From Candidatus Latescibacterota bacterium (GTDB taxonomy: Bacteria; Latescibacterota; UBA2968; GCA-2709665): a DNA stretch of 64,000 nt. The notes beneath the pieces are model-generated. The model ran no database searches, was not told the DNA's origin, and saw nothing but the letters and a program-made list of their open reading frames with translations. The stretch spans positions 3,136,001 through 3,200,000 of the forward strand of contig OZ220733.1 in NCBI GenBank assembly GCA_965116875.1. Direction: 5' to 3'. Of the stretch, positions 1 to 8,323 are shown piece after piece; the first letter of the stretch is position 1, and each line of letters opens with the position of its first letter. The position numbers were made by a program, and so were the translations under genes.

Positions 1-1173
1 CTGAACGTCCGCAGCTTCGTACTGGAGCAAGACGGTAAGGGAATCGCGATTGCCGTCTGCGATCTCGTCGGGGTGTCGCGTACGTACCTGGACCGTGCAA
101 AGGCGCGTATCGCCGAGACCACGGAACTGGCGCCTGAACGGGTGCTGATCTGCTGCACCCATACCCACTCAGGCGCGCAGACGGGAGATGACGCCTATAC
201 GGCATTCCTCGTGGAACGGATCGCGGATTCCGTGCGCCTGGCCTGGGACGGCCGCGAAGCGGCGGCGGCGGGCTGGGGATGCGCGAAAGAAGGCCGGCCG
301 GTATTCAACCGGCGTTTTCATATGGCGGACGGGACGGTGCGGACCAACCCCGGCATCGGCAATTCCGACGTGGTGAGGGCCGCCGGGCCCGTCGATCCTG
401 ACGTGGGCCTGCTCTGCATTCAGAAGCCGGATGGCGCGCCCGCGGGACTGTTGTGCAACTACGCATTGCACTACGTGGGCGGCGGCGACCACGAGCGGGA
501 GATTTCCGCGGACTATTTCGGCTATTTTTCCGGTCTCATCCAGAGAATGCGAGGCGTCCGGTTTACGGCTGCACTTTCGAACGGCGCGTCGGGCGACATC
601 AACAACCACGACGTGATTGGAGGAAGCCGATACGCGAACGACAGGCACCAGCACTCTGAGCGGGTCGCCGGGTTGGTGGCGGCCCAGGCCCTCTGGGCGT
701 GGAACGGGATGGACTTTTCCAGCGACCTGCCCGTGGATGCTGAAGTGGTCGAAGTGGCGCTGCAGCGCAAGGCCGGCGCTTCACAGACCGACGTCGACCG
801 GGCGCGGGAAATCGATGAACAAGGACGAGGGACAATGGCGGACCGGGCGTTCGCCCGTCGCATTCTGCGCCGGATGGAGGAAGTTCCCGAGGAAGCGCGC
901 ACCTGGGTGCAGGCGTTGCGGATTGGCGACCTGGGCCTGGTAGGCGTTCCGGGAGAACTGCTGGTCAGACTCGGGCTGGAAATCAAGGAACGGTCTCCGT
1001 TCGGGCAGACGATGGTGCTGGCGCTGGCGAACGACAGTGTGGGATATCTGCCGGATGAGCAGGCATACCGGGAAGGCGGCTACGAACCCGAAGCGGCCCT
1101 GTACATGCCGGGATCCGGCGAGAAGATCGTGGAAGCGGCCGTTGAATTGCTGGAGAGGCTGTACCGAGCGTAG
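1..1173 (+). CDS. Neutral/alkaline ceramidase-like hydrolase, 5' end outside the window
   Basis: Frame is open from base 1 (LNVRSFVLEQ...AVCDLVGV). CTHTHSG, NYALHY, SADYFG, NGASGDIN and C-terminal GVPGEL...LANDSVGYLP...GGYE motifs fit this family. Confidence 0.7.
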   Translation: MNVRSFVLEQDGKGIAIAVCDLVGVSRTYLDRAKARIAETTELAPERVLICCTHTHSGAQTGDDAYTAFLVERIADSVRLAWDGREAAAAGWGCAKEGRPVFNRRFHMADGTVRTNPGIGNSDVVRAAGPVDPDVGLLCIQKPDGAPAGLLCNYALHYVGGGDHEREISADYFGYFSGLIQRMRGVRFTAALSNGASGDINNHDVIGGSRYANDRHQHSERVAGLVAAQALWAWNGMDFSSDLPVDAEVVEVALQRKAGASQTDVDRAREIDEQGRGTMADRAFARRILRRMEEVPEEARTWVQALRIGDLGLVGVPGELLVRLGLEIKERSPFGQTMVLALANDSVGYLPDEQAYREGGYEPEAALYMPGSGEKIVEAAVELLERLYRA

Positions 1174-1219
1174 ACCCGTGACACGATGGGGGTATTGAGA
1201 CAGCTTTCAAGGAGGAACG

Positions 1220-2263
1220 ATGTCGGACAAGATTCGAATTGGAATCATCGGCGCCGGAGGCATTTTTCGGAGCCGTCACTTCCCCGGGCTGGCGAAGATC
1301 GGGGATGCGGAGGTGGTTGCCATCTGCAACCGGAGCGAGGCGAGCGCGGGCGCGATCGCGCGTGAATTCGGCCTGTCGCCCAGACTGATGACGGATCCGC
1401 ACGCGTTGATTTCAAGCGAGGACGTGGACGCCGTGATGATCGGCACATGGCCGTACCGCCACTGCGAATACGTGCTGGCCTCGCTGGACGCCGGAAAGCA
1501 CGTATTCGTGCAGGCGCGAATGGCGATGAACCTGCGCGAGGCAAAGGCGATGTACGCCAGGGCGCGGGAGACGGGGATGGTCACGCAGATCTGCCCGTCG
1601 CCGATGGCAATGAAGGGCGACTGGTTCATCCAGCGGCTCATCCGCGAGGGATACCTGGGAGATATCTACCATGTCTATACCCGTTCGTTCAGCGGGGACA
1701 ACTGCGATCCGGATCAGCCGCTGCACTGGCGGCAGATCGACCGGTATTCCGGTTTGAACGCGCTGAACATGGGCATCCTGGTGGAAATCGTGCAACGCTG
1801 GGCCGGCCAGATGAAGACGATATCCGCACACGCGGAGACGTTCACCAGGACGCGGCCGTTGTCGGACGGCCATGGGAAGGGACCCGTGGAGCGCCCCGAT
1901 TCGGTGCATATCACGGGACAGATGGAGAACGGCGCGCAGGCCGCGTTTCTGTTTTCCTCCGTGGCGCGCTTCGGCACCGACCCGCAGGTGGAGCTCTACG
2001 GTAGCGAGGGAACCCTGATCTACAAGCTGGACAGCGATACCATTCTGGGCGGGACGGCCGGAGACGGCGGGCTGTCCGAAATGCCCATTCCGGACGACGA
2101 GGCGCGAGAGTGGACCGTGGAGCAGGATTTCGTGAGCGCGATCCAGGGCGGACCTCCCGGAGATACCACCTTCGAAGCCGGCCTGAAGTACATGGCGTTT
2201 ACCGAGGCGGTCTTCCGATCCGTGGAACGGGGAAGCGTGGTGCACCTTCCCCTGGTGGACTGA
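1220..2263 (+). CDS. Gfo/Idh/MocA-family oxidoreductase
   Basis: IRIGIIGAGG Rossmann motif; AGKHVFVQARMA (variant of EKP); AGGAGG RBS. Confidence 0.9.
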   Translation: MSDKIRIGIIGAGGIFRSRHFPGLAKIGDAEVVAICNRSEASAGAIAREFGLSPRLMTDPHALISSEDVDAVMIGTWPYRHCEYVLASLDAGKHVFVQARMAMNLREAKAMYARARETGMVTQICPSPMAMKGDWFIQRLIREGYLGDIYHVYTRSFSGDNCDPDQPLHWRQIDRYSGLNALNMGILVEIVQRWAGQMKTISAHAETFTRTRPLSDGHGKGPVERPDSVHITGQMENGAQAAFLFSSVARFGTDPQVELYGSEGTLIYKLDSDTILGGTAGDGGLSEMPIPDDEAREWTVEQDFVSAIQGGPPGDTTFEAGLKYMAFTEAVFRSVERGSVVHLPLVD

Positions 2264-2289
2264 ACGCATGATCCGAAAGGACCGTTGTC

Positions 2290-3306
2290 GTGGCAGCTGA
2301 ATATCGAATTGCGGTGGTCGGTACAGGGTATATCGGCCTGGAGCATATCCGGGCGATTGCGGCGCATCCGCGGGCGAGGCTGCGCACGATCTGCGGGTCC
2401 GCGCGCAGCGAGGATCGATTGGGGGAGTTGAAGGCAGAGTACGGCGCCGAACGCGTGACCGCGGACTACGGAGAGATCGTTGCGGACGAGGCGGTGGACG
2501 TGGTCTATCTCTGCACGCCCAACCGGCTGCACGCCGACGAGGCCGTTGCCGCGCTGGAGGCAGGAAAGGACGTGTTCTGCGAAAAGCCGATGGCGACCAC
2601 GCTGCAGGACTGCCGGCGCATGGTTGCCTCGGTCGAAGGCTCGGGCCGGCAGCTGATGGTGGGCCACGGCGCGCGTTTCAGGCAGTTGCACCGGGCCGTC
2701 AAGGACCTGTTCGACTCGGGCAAACTCGGCGAAGCCTGTTTTTGCGAGTCGGACTACGTCCATTCGCTGGGGCCGTTTCTCACCGGTCCCGGTCACCAGT
2801 GGTGGCGGCATCCGGACGAGGGTCAGTTCGCGGTGACAGGCGGGGCGTGTCACCCGCTGGACCTGATGCGCTGGATCGTGGGGGAAATGGAGGAAGTGTC
2901 GGCCTATGGCGTTACGAAGGTTCTTCACGACGTGGACTGGGACGATACGGTGATCGCCTCGCTGAAGTTCAGGAACGGCGCGGTGGGAAAGTGCCTGGTG
3001 TCCGTGGGCGCGCCGCGGCCCTATTCGATGACGTTCAATCTCTATGGCACGGAGGGTACGGTAGAGGAGAACCGGCTCTATTTAAGGGAGTTTGGAGACA
3101 TCGAGGAATTCGCGGAGATCCCGTTTCCGGTACTCGGCGAGGTGCACGCCTGCGCCGAGGAACTGTCGCATTTCCTTCACTGCCTGGATACGGGGGAAAC
3201 GCCGATGATCGACGTAAAGGACGGCGCCCGGACGATGGCGGCGTGTTTCGCGGTCGCGGAGTCGATTGAAACCGGCAGGCCCGCCAGGGTGGTGACGGAA
3301 TTTTGA
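2290..3306 (+). CDS. Gfo/Idh/MocA-family oxidoreductase
   Basis: IAVVGTGYIG, TPNRLH, GKDVFCEKPMA, CHPLDL motifs. Confidence 0.92.
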   Translation: MAAEYRIAVVGTGYIGLEHIRAIAAHPRARLRTICGSARSEDRLGELKAEYGAERVTADYGEIVADEAVDVVYLCTPNRLHADEAVAALEAGKDVFCEKPMATTLQDCRRMVASVEGSGRQLMVGHGARFRQLHRAVKDLFDSGKLGEACFCESDYVHSLGPFLTGPGHQWWRHPDEGQFAVTGGACHPLDLMRWIVGEMEEVSAYGVTKVLHDVDWDDTVIASLKFRNGAVGKCLVSVGAPRPYSMTFNLYGTEGTVEENRLYLREFGDIEEFAEIPFPVLGEVHACAEELSHFLHCLDTGETPMIDVKDGARTMAACFAVAESIETGRPARVVTEF

Positions 3307-3342
3307 AAGAGAGTCTCAATGTGTCATTGAAGGGTGTCAAGG

Positions 3343-4194
3343 ATGGGTGACGTGCGGCTCGTGGCGTTCGATCTGGATGGTACCCTGCTGGACGACAGGG
3401 GCCGGATGTCAAACGCGTCCGTCGAGGCGCTTCGGCGGCTTGCGCGAGCCGGAGTCGCGATGGCGTCGATCAGCGGTCGAAACGTGGGGAAGAACCTGGC
3501 GCCGTTTCCCCGGGATCTCCGGCCGGTATTGAATGTTGGAAGCTATAATGGCGCGATGGTGCTGGGAGCCGGCGCGGATAACGAGCGGACTTTGTTGCAC
3601 GAACAAAGATTGCCGGCGGATGGATTTCCCGATCTTGTCGATTTTATCGGCGATAGTGGGGTGAACTTCATCCACTGCCGGTGCGAGGCCGAAGCGTCCG
3701 GCCTGAACGAAGCCTATCTAACGGACAGAGAGACCGGGTGGATCCGAAATCTCGTGCGGATGACCGGCGTGAATATCGTGCTGGAGCCGGATCTGTTGTC
3801 CATGGCGCGGGATCTGGTTCCCCCGCCGAAGATGATCCTGCTGCCCGGTCCCGGGCGACGGGAAGATTTGTTCGAGAGGATGCGTGCGGCGTTCGGGCGG
3901 CGGTTCTATCTCGCCCGCACGGGTGACGACCGGATCGAGATCATGCATCCGGAGGTGAACAAGGCGGTGGCATTGCGGGAAATCTGCGATGCGTGCGGCG
4001 TTTCCCTTTCCCAGTCGCTTGCGATTGGAGACGGGGACAACGACCTTCCGATGCTCACGGCGGCGGGAACCGGCGTGCTGATGGGAAACGCGGACAGCCT
4101 GACCAGGGACGCAGCCGCCGGGGCGGGGGTGCGGACCTGCGAGCCGCTGGAGGATGACGGGTTCTCGAAGACCGTGGCGAGTGTTCTGTCCTGA
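3343..4194 (+). CDS. Cof-type HAD-IIB phosphatase
   Basis: FDLDGTLL (motif I), SGR (II), NK (III), IGDGDNDLPML (IV). Start could be the GTG at 3334. Confidence 0.9.
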   Translation: MGDVRLVAFDLDGTLLDDRGRMSNASVEALRRLARAGVAMASISGRNVGKNLAPFPRDLRPVLNVGSYNGAMVLGAGADNERTLLHEQRLPADGFPDLVDFIGDSGVNFIHCRCEAEASGLNEAYLTDRETGWIRNLVRMTGVNIVLEPDLLSMARDLVPPPKMILLPGPGRREDLFERMRAAFGRRFYLARTGDDRIEIMHPEVNKAVALREICDACGVSLSQSLAIGDGDNDLPMLTAAGTGVLMGNADSLTRDAAAGAGVRTCEPLEDDGFSKTVASVLS

Positions 4195-4236
4195 AAACAG
4201 GTTGCCGAATGATGACCTGTTTCCAGGTCGGGACAC
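4181..4236. repeat. Imperfect hairpin homologous to the interior of the 5875-6092 element
   Basis: GTGTTCTGTCCTGAAAACAGGTTGCCGAATGATGACCTGTTTCCAGGTCGGGACAC aligns without gaps to GTGTTCCGCCCCGGAAATAGATTGCCGAATGGTGACATATTTCCGGGACGGAACAC at ~6000-6055. Confidence 0.7.
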
Positions 4237-4262
4237 CGTGTTCGTGCCCAACGGTAAGCGTC

Positions 4263-5030
4263 TTACCCCGATCGGTTTTCGGAGTCACCGTCGATCCGCG
4301 CGCGAAGGTCTTCGCTGCTGGACAGGATGTGCTCCTCCATGGCCAGCCGTGCGGCTTCCGCATCGCGTTTCCGGATGGCGCGCAGGATTTTCCCGTGCTC
4401 TTCCAACGACATCCGGGCACGTACCTCCGCGGTATGTGTTGCGGGTTCCTCCAGGCTGGCCCGGATCCATTCCTGAAGGTAGTTGCGAATCATCACAAGC
4501 AGGTTGCGAAGGATCGAATTCTGGGTCGCCCGGGCTATAGCCAGATGGAACTGAACGTCGAATTCCAGGAATTCGCCGGACTCATCCAGCGATGCTTCGA
4601 TTCCCTGGATTGTCCGGTCGAGCTCCCGGATGTCGGCTTCCGTGGCGCGGTCCGCGGCCAGGAATGCATTCCGGGATTCCAGCATAAGCCGCGTTTCCAC
4701 CAGATCCGTGACTTCCTTCGGATCCAGCAGCAGACCCCAACTCAGGGATTTCTCCAGGTATCGGCCGGTGTTGTCGCTGACGAACGTACCCTCGCCGACC
4801 CGGGGTTCCAGGATGCCCATTACGGCAAGCGTGCGGAGGGCTTCCCTGAGGGAGGTCCGGCCGACGTCGAACTGTTTGCACAGGCTTCGTTCCGGCGGCA
4901 GCCGATCGCCCGGTTTCAGCACGTCCCGGGAGATCAGGTCGATAATCTGCCCGACGATTTCGTCGCTGAGCGACGTGCGCCTGACCGGTGTCATCTGCTC
5001 AATGGCTGGGGTCTTCGGTTTTCGAGTCAC
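4263..5030 (-). CDS. FadR/GntR-family transcriptional regulator
   Basis: LKPGDRLPPERSL...VGRTSLREAL wHTH plus FCD domain (DVQFHLAIARATQN). Alternative start ATG 4994. Confidence 0.93.
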   Translation of the reverse strand: MTRKPKTPAIEQMTPVRRTSLSDEIVGQIIDLISRDVLKPGDRLPPERSLCKQFDVGRTSLREALRTLAVMGILEPRVGEGTFVSDNTGRYLEKSLSWGLLLDPKEVTDLVETRLMLESRNAFLAADRATEADIRELDRTIQGIEASLDESGEFLEFDVQFHLAIARATQNSILRNLLVMIRNYLQEWIRASLEEPATHTAEVRARMSLEEHGKILRAIRKRDAEAARLAMEEHILSSSEDLRARIDGDSENRSG

Positions 5031-5094
5031 GATGTCGTAGACCTTTCTTCCGGATGCGCGGCGTCAACCGTTCGTTTCGCCTGAAAGATTTCGC

Positions 5095-5146
5095 TTTACA
5101 ATGATTCCCTTTTGGGTTAATCTTATGTTTGAAATTGGTCTGACCA
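5095..5146 (+). promoter_or_regulatory. Sigma70-like promoter with downstream FadR-type operator
   Basis: TTTACA(5095)-17 nt-TAATCT(5118). Palindrome TGGTCTGACCA at 5136-5146 matches the TGGT-N3-ACCA FadR-subfamily operator pattern. Confidence 0.65.
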
Positions 5147-5215
5147 TCATCATAACAGGCAAAGAACGGACGGGATTCCCCGCTGTCAAGGGAAAATTCG
5201 CCGGAGGATGGCACG

Positions 5216-5845
5216 ATGGGTCGAACCGTGGATATCGGTATACGCATCGAACTGGTGCCCATGGATCCGCATTTTCATGATATCACGATCGGTCTCTACC
5301 GGCAGGAACACGATGGGGCTTCCGTGTATCGCGTGCATACCTACAGCGGCAGAGCAGGGGCCGAACAGCGGATCGCATTCGTTACCAATGCGATGGCGGT
5401 GCTGGGCGGAATGGCGCAGACACCCGACGGGCTGCTGCGATTTCCGTGCGGAGAGGCCCACGTACCGGCCTGCCGGCGAGTCTTTCTCGAGGCGAGCAAG
5501 CTGGCTTCCGGCGGCGAACTGAAAGCACGTCCACTGACGATTGTCGACAGGAAGTCCGGATTGAACGTCACGGTCTCCCGTGCGGACAGCGGCGAGTACC
5601 GCGTCGAGGCCGAAGGGGAGGGAAAGGACGGCGTGCGGAGGATTTCGGCAATTGCGGGCGGGCTGGCCAAGCTCGGAGAAATGCAGTCCGGAAGCCCGGA
5701 TACGGTCGTATTTTCGTGCGGGCGCCACCACGACGCTGTCGTAGGACTGCTTCTGGTTCGGGCTCCGAACGTACGGGCGGCGGTTCGCGAACAGGAGACG
5801 TCGGGCGCCCGAGGCGTTCTGGCTGCCCCAAGCCAGCAGCGGTAG
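5216..5845 (+). CDS. Hypothetical protein with internal duplication (2x FxCGxxH)
   Basis: GGAGG RBS; first gene of the operon; two homologous halves ending RFPCGEAH and VFSCGRHH. Confidence 0.75.
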   Translation: MGRTVDIGIRIELVPMDPHFHDITIGLYRQEHDGASVYRVHTYSGRAGAEQRIAFVTNAMAVLGGMAQTPDGLLRFPCGEAHVPACRRVFLEASKLASGGELKARPLTIVDRKSGLNVTVSRADSGEYRVEAEGEGKDGVRRISAIAGGLAKLGEMQSGSPDTVVFSCGRHHDAVVGLLLVRAPNVRAAVREQETSGARGVLAAPSQQR

Positions 5846-5874
5846 CGGCGGCGCGCCGTCTAAACGGACTCAAG

Positions 5875-6092
5875 CAGCCCGTTGAAAAAGTCCATCCGGG
5901 CTACGGCCGGCCCTTGCGGTCGAAAACCTGCGTTGCGCTCCCTCGCCGAATCGCAGGATGGGACTCGGTCGCGCGCCTTGTCTTCGGCCACAATGGCAAG
6001 TGTTCCGCCCCGGAAATAGATTGCCGAATGGTGACATATTTCCGGGACGGAACACCAAGCCTCGCCTGCAGAGCGACTTTCTCAACGGACTG
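5875..6092. mobile_element. MITE-like element, 218 bp
   Basis: Terminal inverted repeats CAGCCCGTTGAAAAAGTC / GACTTTCTCAACGGACTG; no credible coding capacity; shorter copy at 7161-7244. Confidence 0.7.
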
Positions 6093-6110
6093 TCAGACAG
6101 GAGTATTGGT

Positions 6111-7160
6111 ATGATGGAAACTCAAACAGTGGGTCCGATGACCGGGCGCGAGCGTGTTCTGGCGGCGCTGAACAGGGAGCCGGTGGACCGGACGCCCGTG
6201 TGCAATCCTACGTCGGTGGCGACGGTGGAACTGATGGATCTGGTGGATGCGCCCTTTCCGCAGGCGAACCGCGACCCGGAACTGATGGCCCGCCTTGCCG
6301 CCACGGGGTATACGGAGTTGGGGTTCGATTCCATCATGCCGGTATTCACGATAATCCAGGAGTCGTCCGCATTGGGCTGCAAGATCCAGTGGGAGCAGAA
6401 AGACAACTGGCCCACCGTGAGGATGCGCGAGCCCATCTGGGAAGACGAGGACGACATTCAGATTCCACGGGACCTGCTCACGCACCAGGATACGAAGTGC
6501 GTGCTGGACGCGATCCGGATTCTGAAAAAAGAGTACGGAGATGACGTGGCCGTCATCGGCAAGACTATGGGCCCATGGTCGCTGGGATACCACTGCTTCG
6601 GCGTGGAGCCCTTTCTGCTCATGTCTCTGGACGACCCGGACAAGACAAAGGCATGCCTGGACAGGATGAAGGAAGTGACGGTGGACTTCGGGGTGGCGCA
6701 GATCGAGGCGGGCGCGGACGCGCTCACGCTGCCCGATCACGCGACGGGCGACCTGGTGAGCGGGGAATACTACAAGCGGTATCTGCGTGACCTGCATATC
6801 GAGTTCGTGGAGCGGATCCCGATTCCGCTGATTCTGCACATCTGCGGGCGGACCGTCGATCGCATGGAATACATCGCGCAGACGGGGATGTCCGCATTCC
6901 ACTACGACTCGAAGAACGAGCCGGGCGAGTCCATGGCGGCGGTGAAAGAACGGATCTCGCTGGTGGGCAACATCAACAATCCGGAAACGCTGTTTTCAAA
7001 GGGGCCGGAGGCAGTCCGTGAAGAGGTCTTCAGGAACCTGGACGCAGGCGTGCATCTCGTGGGTCCGGAGTGCGCCATTCCATTGCAGACGTCAATCGAA
7101 AACCTGAAGGAGATTCACGGTGCGGTCCGGGACTGGCACCGGGAGACGCCGGCGGGATAA
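6111..7160 (+). CDS. MtaA/CmuA-family (URO-D superfamily) Zn-dependent methyltransferase
   Basis: MTGRERVLAALNREPVDRTP N-terminus; Zn-ligand-like LHICG and GPECAI; LVGNIN; CAGGAG RBS before ATG 6111. Confidence 0.88.
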   Translation: MMETQTVGPMTGRERVLAALNREPVDRTPVCNPTSVATVELMDLVDAPFPQANRDPELMARLAATGYTELGFDSIMPVFTIIQESSALGCKIQWEQKDNWPTVRMREPIWEDEDDIQIPRDLLTHQDTKCVLDAIRILKKEYGDDVAVIGKTMGPWSLGYHCFGVEPFLLMSLDDPDKTKACLDRMKEVTVDFGVAQIEAGADALTLPDHATGDLVSGEYYKRYLRDLHIEFVERIPIPLILHICGRTVDRMEYIAQTGMSAFHYDSKNEPGESMAAVKERISLVGNINNPETLFSKGPEAVREEVFRNLDAGVHLVGPECAIPLQTSIENLKEIHGAVRDWHRETPAG

Positions 7161-7244
7161 CAGTCCGTTGAAAAAGTCCATCCGGGCTACCTGCCTGCCA
7201 GGACTTCACTGGCAGGCATGCAGAACGACTTTATCAACGGACTG
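7161..7244. mobile_element. Short MITE-like element, 84 bp
   Basis: CAGTCCGTTGAAAAAGTCCATCCGGGCTAC ... GACTTTATCAACGGACTG; internal hairpin TGCCTGCCAG/CTGGCAGGCA. Confidence 0.7.
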
Positions 7245-7263
7245 ATAAGGGGGCAGGTGAGAA

Positions 7264-8034
7264 ATGGCGGAAATTACCGATATTGGCAACGAATTCATCC
7301 GTGACGAGATCGAGGAGTTCCTCGAGCGGGAAGACGAACGGGAGCGGGCGATCGCCACGTTCGCCGGAATCACACCCGAAATGCAGACGATTGCCGCCGC
7401 ACTGATCGACGGCGACCATCACGAAGTGGACGCGTTGACCAAAGCCGCGCTGGATGCCGGAACCGGCGCGCTGGAGGTGATGGACGACGGGTTGATCGCG
7501 GGTATGGGCATTGTGGGGATCAAGTTCAGGGAGAACTTCATCTTCGTTCCGGAAGTGCTGGCGTGCGCGCGTGCGATGAAAGCCGGTATGGCGTATATCG
7601 AACCCATTCTCTCCGCGTCGGGCATCGAGCCGATCGGAACGGTCATCATGGGAACTGTAAAAGGCGACCTGCACGACATTGGAAAGAACCTCTGCATCAT
7701 GATGCTTCGCGGCGCGGGTTTTGTCGTTCACGACCTGGGGGTGGACACGTCTGAGGACGAATTCATGGATGCCGTGGAGGAGCACGGCGCTCCGCTGCTG
7801 GGGATGTCGGCGCTGCTGACCACAACCATGCCCAATATGGGCAAGACGATCGAGGCATTCATCGATGCGGATTTGCGCGAAGACGTCAAGATCATGGTGG
7901 GTGGCGCGCCCGTCACGCAGGAATTCGCCGATGACATGGGCGCCGACGGGTACGGAAAGGACGCGATGGCGTGCGTGGCCCTGGCCAAGGACCTGCTCGA
8001 GGAAATGAAGGAAGAGACCAACCTGAATGCGTGA
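7264..8034 (+). CDS. Corrinoid (B12-binding) protein, MtaC/MtbC-like
   Basis: Cap domain (FIFVPEVLACARAMKAG); GTVKGDLHDIGKN (DxHxxG); SALLTTT; MVGGAP. Confidence 0.95.
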   Translation: MAEITDIGNEFIRDEIEEFLEREDERERAIATFAGITPEMQTIAAALIDGDHHEVDALTKAALDAGTGALEVMDDGLIAGMGIVGIKFRENFIFVPEVLACARAMKAGMAYIEPILSASGIEPIGTVIMGTVKGDLHDIGKNLCIMMLRGAGFVVHDLGVDTSEDEFMDAVEEHGAPLLGMSALLTTTMPNMGKTIEAFIDADLREDVKIMVGGAPVTQEFADDMGADGYGKDAMACVALAKDLLEEMKEETNLNA

Positions 8035-8318
8035 GCCTGACCGTGGACAAGATCGACAAAGAGGAATATCAGAAGCGGCTGGACAAAATTACGGAATTGT
8101 TCGCCGGCATGATCGCCCATGCCGATGAACTCTCAACCGTACGGTGTCCGTACAAGAACCGATTCAACGAATGTACGGCCCGGTTCGGCTGCAGAAACCA
8201 GCGCAGGCCCCGCCCGGGCGGCGCGCTGCTGATGTGTGGCGGGGACGACAAACTCGACTACCGCGGCGCGTGGGAAACGGAGACGGAACTGGGCGCGTTC
8301 GTCGGGAGCGACGAATAG
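8031..8318 (+). CDS. Small Cys-rich hypothetical protein (~95 aa)
   Basis: GTG start overlaps the upstream stop (GTGA); fills the operon gap exactly; CPYKNRFNECTARFGC...C motif. Confidence 0.7.
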   Translation: MSLTVDKIDKEEYQKRLDKITELFAGMIAHADELSTVRCPYKNRFNECTARFGCRNQRRPRPGGALLMCGGDDKLDYRGAWETETELGAFVGSDE

Positions 8319-8323
8319 AACGC

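Noticed and set aside
5958-6110. N-terminal extensions in the ORF track (also at 8144, 12505, 20510, 42695, 54404, 55408, 60842)
   Set aside because: They run through MITE/REP DNA or overlap upstream genes. Downstream starts match family N-termini and mostly have clear RBSs.
5031-6110. Cobalamin or SAM riboswitch ahead of the methyl-transfer genes
   Set aside because: No B12-box or SAM-I core seen by eye; the structured DNA is explained by the MITE. An Infernal/Rfam scan would be decisive.
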